A stretch of 64,000 bases of DNA, from assembly GCF_009914755.1 (NCBI RefSeq), contig NC_060937.1; one strand, written 5' to 3'. The translations under genes were made by a program, and so were the position numbers. The notes below the pieces were generated by a model, which was not told the origin of the DNA, searched no databases, and saw only the letters and a program-made list of their open reading frames with translations. Shown piece by piece: positions 1-14,575 of this stretch. The DNA comes from the human T2T-CHM13v2.0 reference genome, Homo sapiens. Numbering within the stretch: position 1 is the stretch's first letter; each line of letters opens with the position of its first letter.

Positions 1-114
1 TTTGAACTCTATTTCAGAATTCTCATATCAAGGAGTTCTGAACATTTCGCCAATTATTTTCAGAAGGAAATGTGAAAGAGCAATATATCAGAACTCAAAA
101 TGAAAAGTATATAA

Positions 115-390
115 CTTCATAATCCCTCTTCTGAAACCTTGGAGTCAGAGGTGCTTCAATGTTCAGAATATTTCTGCAGCGTCCTAAGGCAGCTTCAGTA
201 ATTAAATACATTAATATCTCTGTGTAGAAATATATGATTATTTACATACAGTGGGACGAATAAAGACTAATCATAGCCCCATGTCAGTTAAGGTCAAGTT
301 TCATGGCCAAATGAGTTCAGGTCAGAGCAAGTTTTGTGGCCAAGTGACTTATGAAAATATTTTCAACTTTCAGAGCTATTTTACTTCCTG
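115..390. mobile_element. MER46C-like TcMar-Tigger (Zombi) non-autonomous DNA transposon
   Basis: Resembles recalled MER46C consensus (gaaaccttgg..., gtggga..aataaagacta, gtcagtt..ggtca..ttt..gcc.aaatgagtt, ttcagagct). Confidence 0.65.
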
Positions 391-690
391 TAAATACAGA
401 TTAAAAAAATCAGGACCTTCCTACACTGAAAGGAACTTTGTTTTTAAAGGGCTTTACATTGTTGTCCAGCGATTTTTCATTAAGGCTTTTATACAGAACT
501 CAAATGATTGTAAAATGCTATAATTAACTCTCATCAAAAACAAAAACAAAAAACCCTTTAATCTTTAAGGCCACCTACACTGTGCAAATAATGTACAGAA
601 AATTAGAGAAAACCACAACTTATGTCTTTTTTCAGTATATCAAAATCTGTATAACACCAATGTGGTTCTTCTGAGATTCTGACAACTTAC

Positions 691-795
691 AATTCAAAAA
701 GGAGTTATGGCTGCAAAAAAGTGTGAAATTCTGTGTGATTGTATCTTCTGGGGGAGCAGCTGTGAAGTACATCTTTCCCTCTCTTTAATTCTAAC
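691..795 (-). other. Candidate spliced exon (non-coding or UTR)
   Basis: Minus strand has acceptor cttatttcttaatttgcag| at 797-796 and donor |gtaagt at 690; unique sequence; no recognisable protein. Confidence 0.3.
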
Positions 796-839
796 CTGCA
801 AATTAAGAAATAAGTTTTTTCAGTAGCAGGATATTAAAA

Positions 840-1078
840 TATTCTAGCTGATTCATATCGTATTTATAATTTATATATTCATAATATATTTTAATAAAAT
901 ATATCAATATTTTAAATGTTATAATTTATGTATAATTATATCATGACTTATTTGTAATAAAGTATGATTTGATTATATTTAACATTTATATAATTTTATA
1001 TTTATAATTTATTTTTCATAGTTCTAATATTTGAATTTATAATAAGTATTTATAATTTGTTTTATAATATTTATAAAT
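840..1078. repeat. AT-rich low-complexity tract
   Basis: Nearly all A/T with degenerate tttata/ataat motifs. Confidence 0.8.
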
Positions 1079-1271
1079 TCCCCTCCTGATGATTATATAC
1101 TTACCACTATTCACACCCCTCCCCTTTGAAATAACTACGAAAAGTCTCCTGCTTCTCCTCCCCCCTTTGAAGCAGAAACAATGACTGCCAGAAAAGTTCC
1201 ATATAGGAAATTAAAAAAACATCAATCAGTTTCACAGACAGCAACTGAAAGATCTAAAGAAAAGCCCTTAC

Positions 1272-1479
1272 TTAAAGGTATATGCTCTCCTTTCAGCACA
1301 ATTCTGCTCTTCCATTGGGGAACTTAATAAAATACTGTACATATGAAGAAAAAAGCACACCTCTTGGCAGTAAAACTTTGGCAACTGCTTCGAAACAATC
1401 CTGTTGAAATGAGGTGGGGCTACTTTGAGAGTTTTTCTGAAGCTCCAATATCCTGACGACCCATCAGCATGACACTGAG
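1272..1479 (-). other. Candidate spliced exon (non-coding or UTR)
   Basis: Minus strand has acceptor cttcttttgccctcacttctag| at 1481-1480 and donor aa|gtaagg at 1271; a weaker alternative donor ag|gtgtgc lies at 1360. Confidence 0.3.
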
Positions 1480-1533
1480 CTAGAAGTGAGGGCAAAAGAA
1501 GCTGAGATTTTCTTTGAAATAAACAAACGTTCA

Positions 1534-2010
<477 letters not shown>

Positions 2011-2334
2011 CTAAAATCATTGTATTCATACCAGGGAATATAATGTAGCCACTAAGCCATCCACAAAAAAATAAAATTATGTGAAAAAATGTTCAAAGTG
2101 TTAAGCAGAAAAAGTAGTCTCCAAAATCTAGTACAGTCTTCATGTTCCCTCACTACTGGATCATTCCTGTGAGTAAACACACCTGCTTTATTATTTCCCA
2201 ACTTGAAAGAAAAATTCCTTAACCCAAACATCCACCTCCTGAATTAAACTGGAGTAGTTTCTCCCATTTACTGTAAATTTTCTTGATACAGTTGTCCATA
2301 CTTGGTTTGCTTCCTGAACTGATTTCTTGTCTTC

Positions 2335-2622
2335 TTTTTTTTTTTAGAGACAGTGCCTCACTCCGTCGCTCAGGCTGGCATGCAGTGGCACAATTATGGC
2401 TCAATGCAGCCTGGAACTCCCAGGCTCAAGCGATCCTTCCATCTCCCAAGTAGCTTGAACAATACCTGTGTGCCACCAAGCCCAGCTGCATTTTTTACTT
2501 TTTCTAGAGATGGGGTCTCACTGTGTTGTCCAGGCTGGTCTCAAACTACTGACCTCAAGCTATCCTCCTGCCCCAGCCTCCCAAAGTGCTGGGATTACTG
2601 GTGTGAGCCACTGCACCCAGCC
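2335..2622 (-). mobile_element. AluJ
   Basis: Diverged antisense Alu with poly(T) start. Confidence 0.9.
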
Positions 2623-2639
2623 CTCCTGCACGGACTTCG

Positions 2640-3400
2640 ATTAAAATTTTGCCCTCACTATCCTACCAAAATCCATGACCCCTAAGTAGTCAAACCCACT
2701 GATCAATTCTCAAACCTCATATGATGCAACCCACCAGCTGTATTTGATACAAGTGACCTCCTCTTTGGCTCACATTTTCTTCTGGACTTCTAGAGCACAG
2801 CTTTGTGTCAGTTCATCTATTTGACTGGTCAAGTCTTCTCACTCCCCTTTGGTGCATCCTCTTCAACTTCCTGCCATCTAAACACTGGGAGGACCCCAGG
2901 ACTTGGCCCTCAGACATTTTTCTTCCTAACATACTCTGCATCCTCTAATGGCACCTGGTCTCATAACTTTAAATGCCATCTGTGTGGCTATGACATTAGT
3001 CTACTCTCTCCCCAACCTACGTGACATCTCCATTTGTAACTTCCATTTTCCTCAACTAAACCTGATTCTTTTACAGACTTCCCTATCTCAATAAATGGTT
3101 TCCAATGACTTAGGCCAAAACTTTTGGATTCATTCTTGTCTCTCTTTTTTTTACCCAATTCCATTCCATCAGCAGATGCTTTGGATTTTACCTTCAACAC
3201 ACCTCAGATCTTCCCACTCTTCTCACCTTCATTTCTATCCCTCAGGTTCTAGCTCATCTTCTTGCATCCAGCTTCCAGCATCCTCTCGCTGTCTTTTTGC
3301 CACTGTAACCTTAGTCAGCTTCGTAAAAGGTACATCATATCCTATCGCTCTTCTTTTCTCATTTCAAAATCTTCCCATCGTACTTGATATCGTAGATCAA
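2640..3400 (+). mobile_element. L2 fragment
   Basis: L2-type pyrimidine-rich motifs (ctttaaatgccatctg, ctcaataaatgg..tcca, ctcgctgtct). Confidence 0.6.
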
Positions 3401-3439
3401 CACTCAGGATTGATTCTAAACTTCTCCAGTACATAGAGC

Positions 3440-3925
3440 TTCAACCTCTCTTGCAGTTATGTTCTGGACATATGTTAGATTCTGCCTATTAACATGATGG
3501 CGGAAGTGGCACCAGCTATCTCGTTGCTGCCTCAAATGCTGTTGCTGGCAAGCCCTGGTGTGGAGCACTGTGGAATGTTTTTGGCTTTGGTTTTGGTTTC
3601 TGCAGAAGCATCCTAGTGTCCAGGAACCAGCTTAGGATAGAGACAAGCATTTGCAGAAGCAGCAGCTTCCTCATCTCTGAATAGAGTTTCAGCTGTACAC
3701 TCCAGAGAACAGATGCTGTGTGGCATCTTGACTGCCCACACTCAAGAGCATGGTAGAATCGTAGCTTCCATGGCGCACTCTTGTGAGACAGTTTTTCTGG
3801 AAGTCATTCCCAGAGGTGTGTCTGATAGCCTACTTCTCCCATCCTTCCAAAGATTTCGCAAGCACCAGATTCACTAAACTGAATCGCTTTCTCCCTCAAT
3901 CAGCCAGAGAGGTTTCCATTCTTGG
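3440..3925 (+). mobile_element. Old ERVL LTR (LTR33-like)
   Basis: Motifs gcagcagcttcct, ctggaagtcattcccagagg, ccttccaa..gattt resemble LTR33; it interrupts the L2. Confidence 0.5.
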
Positions 3926-5456
3926 ATATCCAATTAATATGCCATCACACCAGAATCAATCCAAAGTCCTTACTCTACACATGAGATCCTGTGTGCTGCA
4001 GTGCCTACCAGCTTTGTGGTTTATGGCCTTCCACTCTTCCTCTTGCTCATTCTGCTGCAGAAACACAGGCAGAAAAACAAGTATGCTGCTGAAAGAAAAC
4101 AGAAAAAATGAAGATATAGCTGCTCAGTTGTGTTCTTACAAATACATTTACATTGCCCAGAAAAATAAAGTAGAACACTAAGTGTAATGCAATTCAAATG
4201 CATTGTTCATCCTAGAGAAAGGTTTTGAAACCTGCTTCTTAGAGTTTCCCTGGATTTACTCTATTTTAATAGAGCCTGTGTTTATCTGCGCTAATCAGTG
4301 TGGAATACAGATAACCTCTCTGATATAAACCCTGAGCTCATATGGGATCACTTTTTTGTTTGTTTTCCCTTTGTCTGATTTTCAGGTAATTTTCAATAAG
4401 AAGTGGAAAAAAAGTGTTTTTCCCGCACATTCAATGCTATTATATTAAGGCTTGTACCCCTCATTTTGCATTTATGCTGTTGATATTTACATTTAGAGGA
4501 ATCTTGTATTTGAGTTTGTATAATTTCAGCTTACTGGCTTATGCCTCTAAGGAAACAGTCCATACAGACTTTATGAATTCCATGCATTTAGCTGTGAATT
4601 AGACCATACGTTGGGCAATCTGATTATTTAAACTACCCTTACAATTTGGCCAAATTCCACAGCCAAGTAGCTGTAAATGTGCACAAGCAACTAACAATAT
4701 GTTGAAACTAACAATATGCATGATAGGAGATTTGCAACTTTATATTAATCTATTCCTTTTTGTGCCAAATGAAATAATGAACTCTAGTATCCTGAATTGC
4801 AACATGCACTGATTTATTTATTTAAATTTGTGTTTGAGCCCTAAGAAGGAAAATATATATTTATGCTTTAGTGACTCTTTTGATATCAGGATATTATTAA
4901 ACCTATTGAAAAACATTCAATTGCTTTGAATCAGTACTTGGTTTTGATTCATCTTTTTCCCATTCAAGAGATGGTTTGCTTTGTTCATGAAGAAGTTCAG
5001 ATTTAAGAGTTAAATTTGAAATTAATGCTAGAAACATTTTTATTGCTGGATATTTGTTTTTTGAGGCAAAATATTTCATGCTTAGTAAGAAGCTTGAAAT
5101 TAATGCCTAAATACTCTCCAGGGACCTGTGAGTGCTGAGCTTATTGACTCTGGAAGGAGAATGCTGCCTCCACAATTCCGGTCTGTGTGACTCTTAAAGT
5201 CGGAGTGCCCCACCCAGGGAAGGGTGGATGCAAATGACTTATCATTTTAAGGATTCTGTTATCTTGCTGGTGGAGACCCAGAAGGCAGGACCTTTTTTGC
5301 AGAAATATGTAAAATTAACTCAATAAGTGCATTTTTTTCAGAATGGCCTAGGTATAATTTTATTGGTAAAAATGGCCATATTTCCACTTTTAAAAAGAAA
5401 ATGTCAAAATAAGCATAATTGGCTGTTCTGTAATTTTTCTATTAATATTGATTTGC

Positions 5457-5790
5457 AGCCAGATGAGGCGGCTCACACCTGTAATCCTAACATTTTGGGA
5501 GGCCGAGGCTGGAGGATTGCTTGAATCCAGGAGTTCAGGATCATCCTGGGCAACATAGTGAGGGCTTGTCTCTACAAAAAGTAAGCAAAATTAGCCAGAT
5601 GTGGTGGTGTGCACCTGTAGTTCCAGTTACTCAGGAGGCTGAGGTGGGAGGACTGCTTGGGCTCAGGAGGTCAGGGCTGCAGTGAGCCGAGATCACACCA
5701 CTGCACTCCAGCCTGGGCAACAGCACGAGTTCCTATCTCCAAGAAAATTTTTTAATTTTTTAAAATTAAAAATAAATACAAATAAAAATT
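5457..5790 (+). mobile_element. AluJ
   Basis: Diverged Alu dimer with A-rich tail. Confidence 0.9.
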
Positions 5791-5998
5791 CTCAATAAAT
5801 ATCATCTATGACAATTACTGATGGCCCAATTTTTCTTTTTTCTTTGGAAACACAAGAAATGGGTCATTTTCTGAGAGTGAGGAGGCCAGTACTTGAGGGA
5901 AATGATGAAGGCTTACATCAGCCGTGGAGGGGCTTGGGCCAGAGATATAGACATGATGTAACAGAAAGGAAGAATGGGCAGACCAAGGACCTGCCTGA

Positions 5999-6399
<401 letters not shown>

Positions 6400-6649
6400 T
6401 GTTAGATGTAGCCAGGGCGTGCAGCAAAGGATACTGGTGAAGGGAACTGAGGACACTCATGATAAAGTAAGCAGGACAGATGGTGCACCTGAGGTCCCAA
6501 GCTGGTGAGAGAAGAAAGAGAACACATAGGGGCCGATAGGCTACAAGAATACAGAAGTATCAGGGCTTGTGATCTCTGTGAAGGAACCAGAGCAGTTGTG
6601 GAGGAAATAATAAAATAAGATGTGGAAGGACAGGGGCTGTGGTCATAAA

Positions 6650-7120
6650 GAGGTGCACAGCAGCGTTTATTTCCTTGTAGCACCCACCCCATCCACTTTA
6701 GTAAGGACCCCCTTTGCATCCTGGCACACTGTCACACATGCAATCTATGATGCCCAGACTTCCTTCAAGTTAGGCTAAGTTCCAGTAACTGAGGTCCAAG
6801 TGGAAGGGTTGTGTGGAACTTCTAGAAAGTCTCCCAAAAAAAGAGGTGGCGAACCTTTTCCCACTTCCCCTACTTTTTCTCTTTCCATCTGGAATGCAGA
6901 TGTCATCACTGGAGCACCAGAGGCCTCCTTGGTCGCTGAGGCAGCTCGCTGAAGATGGGCAACGGTAACACAGAAGTCACTACCCTAGCTGGTCTCCCAC
7001 CTCTGGAATGTTTTTGTTTTGTTTTGATTTTTAGGTAAAGGAGACACAAAGTCCTATGTAGTTTAAATTACTGTTATTTGGGGGTTTATTATTACTATCA
7101 GCTGAACCGAAACCTAACAC
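6650..7120 (+). mobile_element. MaLR LTR (MLT1J/K-like)
   Basis: tggaatgcagatgt..ctggagc, cccacctctgga and a terminal tta..actgttatttgggg..cagctgaa pattern. Confidence 0.55.
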
Positions 7121-7345
7121 ACAGAGTACGACACCAAGTTTAAAGATTTCTGAAGTGAATTATTGCCAGGATGTCCAGGCTGAGACTGCGGAGAATTACA
7201 GGAGATGTAAGCATACATCTGGCAATTGCAACATTTTAAAGTATGTTCTATTAACATCTATGCCCCTGTGGCTTTCATCACTTGTCTTCATCTTGCTATG
7301 AGATATCATGCCAAACCGAACTGGTTTCATTATTTTCCCTCATGA

Positions 7346-7789
<444 letters not shown>

Positions 7790-9539
7790 TGAGCATGCCC
7801 CACTTCCTCCAGTTCAGTTTTCAAGGGTGAGGTCCAGACCAGAACATGAAGCGCAGGTGTGGATCTGAATAGGCAACTATCTCCTTCACTCAGAAGGACA
7901 TGCTTCTATGACTTCATTATCTTTTCCAGCAGGTACCTCATGCTCTTCATTCATGTGGAACTTTGTTTTGATTAGACTGCATGTCTTTTCCATCTACAAT
8001 GCTGTTAAAGCCACATCTTCTCCAATATCAAGTTGTGTAGTTCTGATCTCTTTCAAGTGCAAGTACACAGCCAATCTGTAAGATTGGCTCACTGCTTCAG
8101 CCCATGGAGATTTTGGAAAATCTGATTCTGTTACCATTGTATTTCCTCTCTATAAGCCTTGTTTGTTTGCAGTTTTGGTAAGCCTGATCTCTATTTCTTC
8201 ATCAAAATCACTGATCAAATGTTAGACAAGCCACCATGCTCTTAGACAAGGACCTTTCTCCATGCTGCCATTCACCAATCGATTCATCAGATTCAGGGGA
8301 GTGTAATATGCAGCAAATTACTGTTCTCATGATTATATTCAGGATTTCTTAGCCCAAGAAAAAGAAAGATTAAAAAGCTCCCTATTGTAAATCATTTGGT
8401 CACTGAAGGCTATTTGGAGTGAGTGAGTTTTTGCTGATATCCCTCTAAAGGTGTCCATAGTTCACATTTGTTAAAACTATGATGTGTCAAGCTCTGGCTG
8501 GGTCAGTTTTCCTTATGGCGATGAGGTGTGTGTTACATCAGGGATTCTGAGTTGTATGCCCAAATCCTATAAGAGTACACTGGAACATGTGCCTGTGTGA
8601 GGGAGGTGGCCGCATATGCTTGTCCTATTTTGAGGCATGACTTTGGAACTGCACCAGTGATCACATAAATGTACCCAGACTTTTTGCCTCTTCACTTATA
8701 AGCCACATTGACTTGGATCCTGGTTCCTACTTTGTGTTCCCGCCAAGCCAGAGAACCTGATTTAGCCATGGTTTGAAGTGTGTGGAATTTCTATTTCATT
8801 AGGTTCAGTGAAGAAAGAGTGTTTGAAATTATGCAAATCACCATAAGCTTTTAGATCTTTCTCTCCTTTCTGGTTGGAGAGGCCAGATGTCCATTTTTGT
8901 GCCCTAAGTGACATATTCTTAAGTTGCCTTTTCAAAGCTGCTTATTCTACTCAAGTCGTTTTACCTTTTAACGTGCTAAAACTTAAAGCTTTTTATTTTC
9001 CGTGGTAGTAGAGTAGAGAACAAGTTTATTTTCATACTGACTCGAACCCAAGGAAGTTCCAAGTTTGAGTGTAATACTAATGGCAGGGTGTTGCTATTAC
9101 TGTCTTCATTGGCTTTTAAGGGCAGTCAAGCAAAAGAAAGATAAATGAAAATTTCTGGACTGAAACCTACATCTGATAAGAACACATACTGGTTTTGCAC
9201 CCCTTTGAAATTGTTGAGGTCTCTAGTCATCCAGAAACTCATCTTTTGATTATATCCCAATTCTGGGGGCCTCAGGACAGGGAGGAAAGTAGCTCAGAGA
9301 CAGAGGAGGTGGACAAGAGATTCTCCAATCTGGGACTCCATGTCAAGACCCAATCTGGTAAAAGCTATGATCCCAATTCAAGGCTATGACAGAGGCTGAT
9401 CTGTTAGTTTGGGGCTTGCTGTCATGTAAATCTGTCGAAATCTTCTTGGCTCTTATATACTATGCTCTCCCTGCAACAATCAGGTATAGCTGTATTTCAC
9501 ACCATGCTGCCCAAGCCAGCCAGAGGCAGTTTTACATTT

Positions 9540-9790
9540 TTAATTCCTATTAAGACTCTTATTTTGTGTAAGGCATGTTAAAAGATTTATAAACATGACT
9601 GCATTGAACAAACACTCTCTGAGGTAGATATGATGCATTATTATCCACATGCCACAGACGCAGGATATGAAGATCATGTTGGCTAATGAATCCTCCTTAA
9701 AGTCACACAATTAGGAACAGCTTAACCAGGATTTGGGCCCAGGTCTACTTGACCCAAAGCCTAGTTTATTCTCACTAATCACACTGCTTC
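9540..9790 (-). mobile_element. MIR
   Basis: gaggtag..attattatcc..acaga, aagtcacaca..ccaggatttg..cccaggtct core. Confidence 0.65.
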
Positions 9791-10637
9791 CACTTGCTAT
9801 GGGCAGCAGGATTCTTCTATTTCGACTTTGCTCATGGAATCTAGGGGGTCAGAGCAACCTTGAGGAGACAAACAGCCTGCAGTGTCTGTGTGGGTCCACC
9901 CAGCACTTCCTCCTAACTCACGCCTACATGCTTGCTTCCACATTCTCTCACATAATTCAATTACTTCAAGGTCTATAATTTCTGAGATTTGACCCTGACC
10001 TGATCTGAGGATTGGTCTGACTAATGAGGGAGGGGTTTTGTTCCATTTAGAAGGAAATCTTCTAGAATACTTTCTGGCCTGTCTACCATTTGGAGGTATG
10101 TGTGGCCAGTGGCTTAGTCACCAGCGTGCTGGTCACAGGTGGCCCCACCCATTAGAGGATGCTATGACCAAGGGAAATTGGGACCAATATGTTACTTGGG
10201 TCGAACGTTCAAGTAGAAGCATGATATTAATTCACATATTTTTCGTGATGTATCTCTGTCTTGTTCTAAAGAACAAGGAGTGCTTTCTTACAGAATCACA
10301 ACAGAAAGGCATTAATTATAGTATTTGGACTCCAGGAAGAAAAACAGCAAAACCATATGATAAAAAAAGATCGTAACTCCAAAAGTTCAGCTGAGCCAAA
10401 GGGTTCTACCCAACGAAGAGACAAGTTCCCGTTGAGGCTGAGAGCAGCCTTCCTGCCTTTGAGGGAAGCTGCTGTTCCTGTCAAATTTGCTTTGGCCTAG
10501 ACTTGTGTTTTTTCACCATCAAAATCCATTTTAAATATTAATCAAAGTAACTGTGGATTCCCCAAAACCTCCCTAGTAGATGAATACCAGGGATTTCATA
10601 GAAAGAGATGTTGTTATTGGTTACATTCAAATGGTTT

Positions 10638-11099
10638 TGTAGCAGGATGAGCCACAGACAAGACTCCTCAGACACCGAGTTAAAGAAGGAAGGGGTTTAT
10701 TGGGCCAGGGGCATCGGCAAGACTCCTGTCTCAAGATCCGAGCTCCCAGAGTGAGCAACTCCTGTCCCTTTTAAGGGCTCACAACTCTAAGGGAGTGCGT
10801 GTGAGAGGGTCGTGATCCATTGAGCAAGCAGGGGGTACGTGACTGGGGGCTGCATGCACCGGTAATTAGATTGGAACAAAACAGGATAGGGATTTTCACA
10901 GTGCTTTTCTATACAATGTCTGTAATCTATAGATAACATAACCGATTAGGTCAGGGGTCGATCTTTAACTACCAGGCCCAGGGTGTGGCGCCGGGCTGTC
11001 TGCTTGTGGATTTCATTTCTGCCTTTTAGTTTTTACTTTTTCTTTCTTTGGAGGCAGAAATTGGGCATAAGACAGTATGAGGGGTGGTCTCCTCCCTTA
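10638..11099 (-). mobile_element. Solo LTR2 (HERV-E/Harlequin, ERV1)
   Basis: Minus strand reads taagggaggagaccacccctcat...tcctgctaca; 4-bp TSD gttt at 10634-10637 and 11100-11103. Confidence 0.9.
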
Positions 11100-11264
11100 G
11101 TTTCAAAATGCAAAGTAGGAAATGTAAAAAAAAGTCTAAGATGGGTTTTGATTTTGGATCCTTCAAAGCAGCTCCAGCATAATAATCACATATAGTAAGA
11201 TAACGGTCCACTTTTTCCATATCCAGATTTAAAAATTATGAATAAATTCAAATTTAAGAGCTGT

Positions 11265-11442
11265 GTGTGATTTTTAGGCCTGCTGTAACAAAGTACCACA
11301 AATTGAGTGGCTTAGACAACAGAACTTTATTGTCTCCCAGTTCTGGAGTCAGGAGGTCCTAAATCAAATTGCTGATAGGGCTGGTTCCTTCTGAGGGCTG
11401 CGAGGGAAGAATCTGTTCAAGCCCTCTCTGGCTTGTAGACAG
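11265..11442 (-). mobile_element. MaLR LTR fragment (MLT1B/C-like)
   Basis: ctgctgtaacaaagtaccacaaa.tg.gtggctta.acaacagaa.tttatt..cagttctggag. Confidence 0.75.
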
Positions 11443-11685
11443 TCTTTTGGATTTTCTTGTTATGCTGTGGGTAAACATCAAAAGCTTTAATAGTGTTTGT
11501 CTTTTTAAAACATGGTTTTAACAATTGAATAGAGAATGAATTGCCCTAGGACAGAGCAAGAACAGAGGAAAGAACACCAGCTAGTGTCCAGAGCATGTTG
11601 AAACCATCCTGACTAGAAATTGTGAGGGTGTGACCTAAGGCAACAGTGGGACAGGGGCCGAATTAAAGGTAAAACTTTTTTTACT

Positions 11686-13030
11686 ATATTATATTTATAT
11701 ATTATAAATATATATAATATATATAATATATATTATATAAATATATATTATATATATAATATATAAACATAAATTTATATATTATAAATATAATATATAA
11801 ATATATGTATTGTGTGTATATGTATTAATACACACAATACATATATTTATATATTATATTTATAACATATAAATATAATATAGTAATATTTATATTATAT
11901 TTATAACATATAAATATAATATAGTAATATTTACATTATATTTATAACATATAACTATAATATAGTAATATTATATTATATTTATAACACATAAATATAA
12001 TATAGTAATATTTATATTATATTTATAACACATAAATATAATATAGTAATATTTATATTATATTTATAACACATAAATATAATATAGTAATATTTATATT
12101 ATATGTATAACACATAAATATAATATAGTAATATTTATATTATATTTATAACACATAAATATAATATAGTAATATTTATATTATATTTATAACACATAAA
12201 TATAGTAATATTTATATTATATTTATAACACATAAATATAGTAATATTTATATTATATTTATAACACATAAATACAGTAATATTTATATTATATTTATAA
12301 CACATAAATACAGTAATATTTATATTATATTTATAACACATAAATACAGTAATATTTATATTATATTTATAACACATAAATACAGTAATATTTATATTAT
12401 ATTTATAACACATAAATACAGTAATATTTATATTATATTTATAACACATAAATACAGTAATATTTATATTATATTTATAACACATAAATACAGTAATATT
12501 TATATTATATTTATAACACATAAATATAATATAGTAATATTTATATTATATTTATAACACATAAATATAATATAGTAATATTTATATTATATTTATAACA
12601 CATAAATATAATATAGTAATATTTATATTATATTTATAACACATAAATATAATATAGTAATATTTATATTATATTTATAACACATAAATATAATATAGTA
12701 ATATTTATATTATATTTATAACACATAAATATAATATAGTAATATTTATATTATATTTATATATTTATATAATATAAAATATAGTAATATTATAATATAT
12801 AAATATAATATAGTAATATTTATATTATATTTATATATTTATATAATATATAAATATATGTATTGTGTGTATTAATAATTACATTAAAGTAAATATATAT
12901 TATATAAATATAAACATTACTATAATTGCTACGTATTTATGGTAATATTATATTTATAATACAAATATAGCATGGTAACATACATAACATTTATATTATA
13001 TTTAAAATACAGTGTAGTAGTATACATAGT
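11686..13030. repeat. AT-rich minisatellite (36- and 41-bp units) with AT-rich flanks
   Basis: Tandem units atttatattatatttataacacataaatacagtaat (36) and atttatattatatttataacacataaatataatatagtaat (41), core about 11845-12780. Confidence 0.95.
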
Positions 13031-13236
13031 ATTTATAGAAAATTTATATTGTATTTATAATGTATTAGATATTATAAGTAATTTAGAGATGTTTTAAGGT
13101 TTACAGGAGGATGTGCATTGGTTATATACAAATACTATGTGATTTTATAACAAGGACTTGAGACTTGATAATATTTGGATTTTGGTGTTACAGGAATTCC
13201 AGGAACCAATCCCCATGGATACCAAAGGATGACTAT
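13030..13236. mobile_element. MER2 (TcMar-Tigger) fragment
   Basis: gtattagatattataagtaatttagagatg..caggaggatgtgcat..ggaaccaatccccatggatacc..gact. Confidence 0.8.
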
Positions 13237-13239
13237 ATA

Positions 13240-13868
13240 TAGTCAATTCTCGTTGTCCATAGTAGTTATGTTCTATAGTCACTGCAAAAAACGAATTTGT
13301 GAATACCAAATCACTGCTACTGGGGGAAAAAAGGGTCCTGTGAGCATCTACTCAATCTTTTGGTCAACTAATCAGTGCATGACCTTGTTTTATGTATGTT
13401 TCTGCTTGAAGAGACTTCAATATACATCATTGATTCATCAACACTGAACTCACAGACAATAGCACCCATGCTTGAATGAAGCTCATCTGACACACATGTT
13501 GCCTCCATCACAGACTTCTTGCACTTCAGGGATCCTAGACAGCACTTCAGCACTAGGCATAGGGTTAGGGACATTTTAAACACTGAAATCCACAACAAAA
13601 AGCACAAAACATATGGAAAACGTATTACCAAACAGACCACAAAAATGACACTTTTTTATAGTATAAGAGCTGAAATAAGAAAGCAGAGCATTGATTTGTT
13701 CAACCTTAGCTGAGAACATGAGCACCAGGCAATTGAAAGATTTTGCCACTCTACACATTGGTGAATGACCACACAAATCCCATGGGTACTGATTTGGGGA
13801 TTACATATAAACTTTAGCAAGTAGGCACATTTGCAATTACGGAATCTGTGAATAATGAGGATCCACTG
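13240..13868. mobile_element. MER82 (TcMar-Tigger) DNA transposon
   Basis: Terminal inverted repeats (t)agtcaattctcgtt... and ...aatgaggatccactg, TA flanks, internal match to recalled consensus. Confidence 0.8.
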
Positions 13869-13869
13869 T

Positions 13870-14575
<706 letters not shown>

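Noticed and set aside
12135-12521. 128-aa ORF of repeated MCYKYNINITVF
   Set aside because: Artefact of a 36-bp tandem unit being a multiple of 3; no coding context
11845-12780. CRISPR-like periodicity of 36-41 bp
   Set aside because: Head-to-tail tandem repeats with no unique spacers and no cas genes; eukaryotic minisatellite
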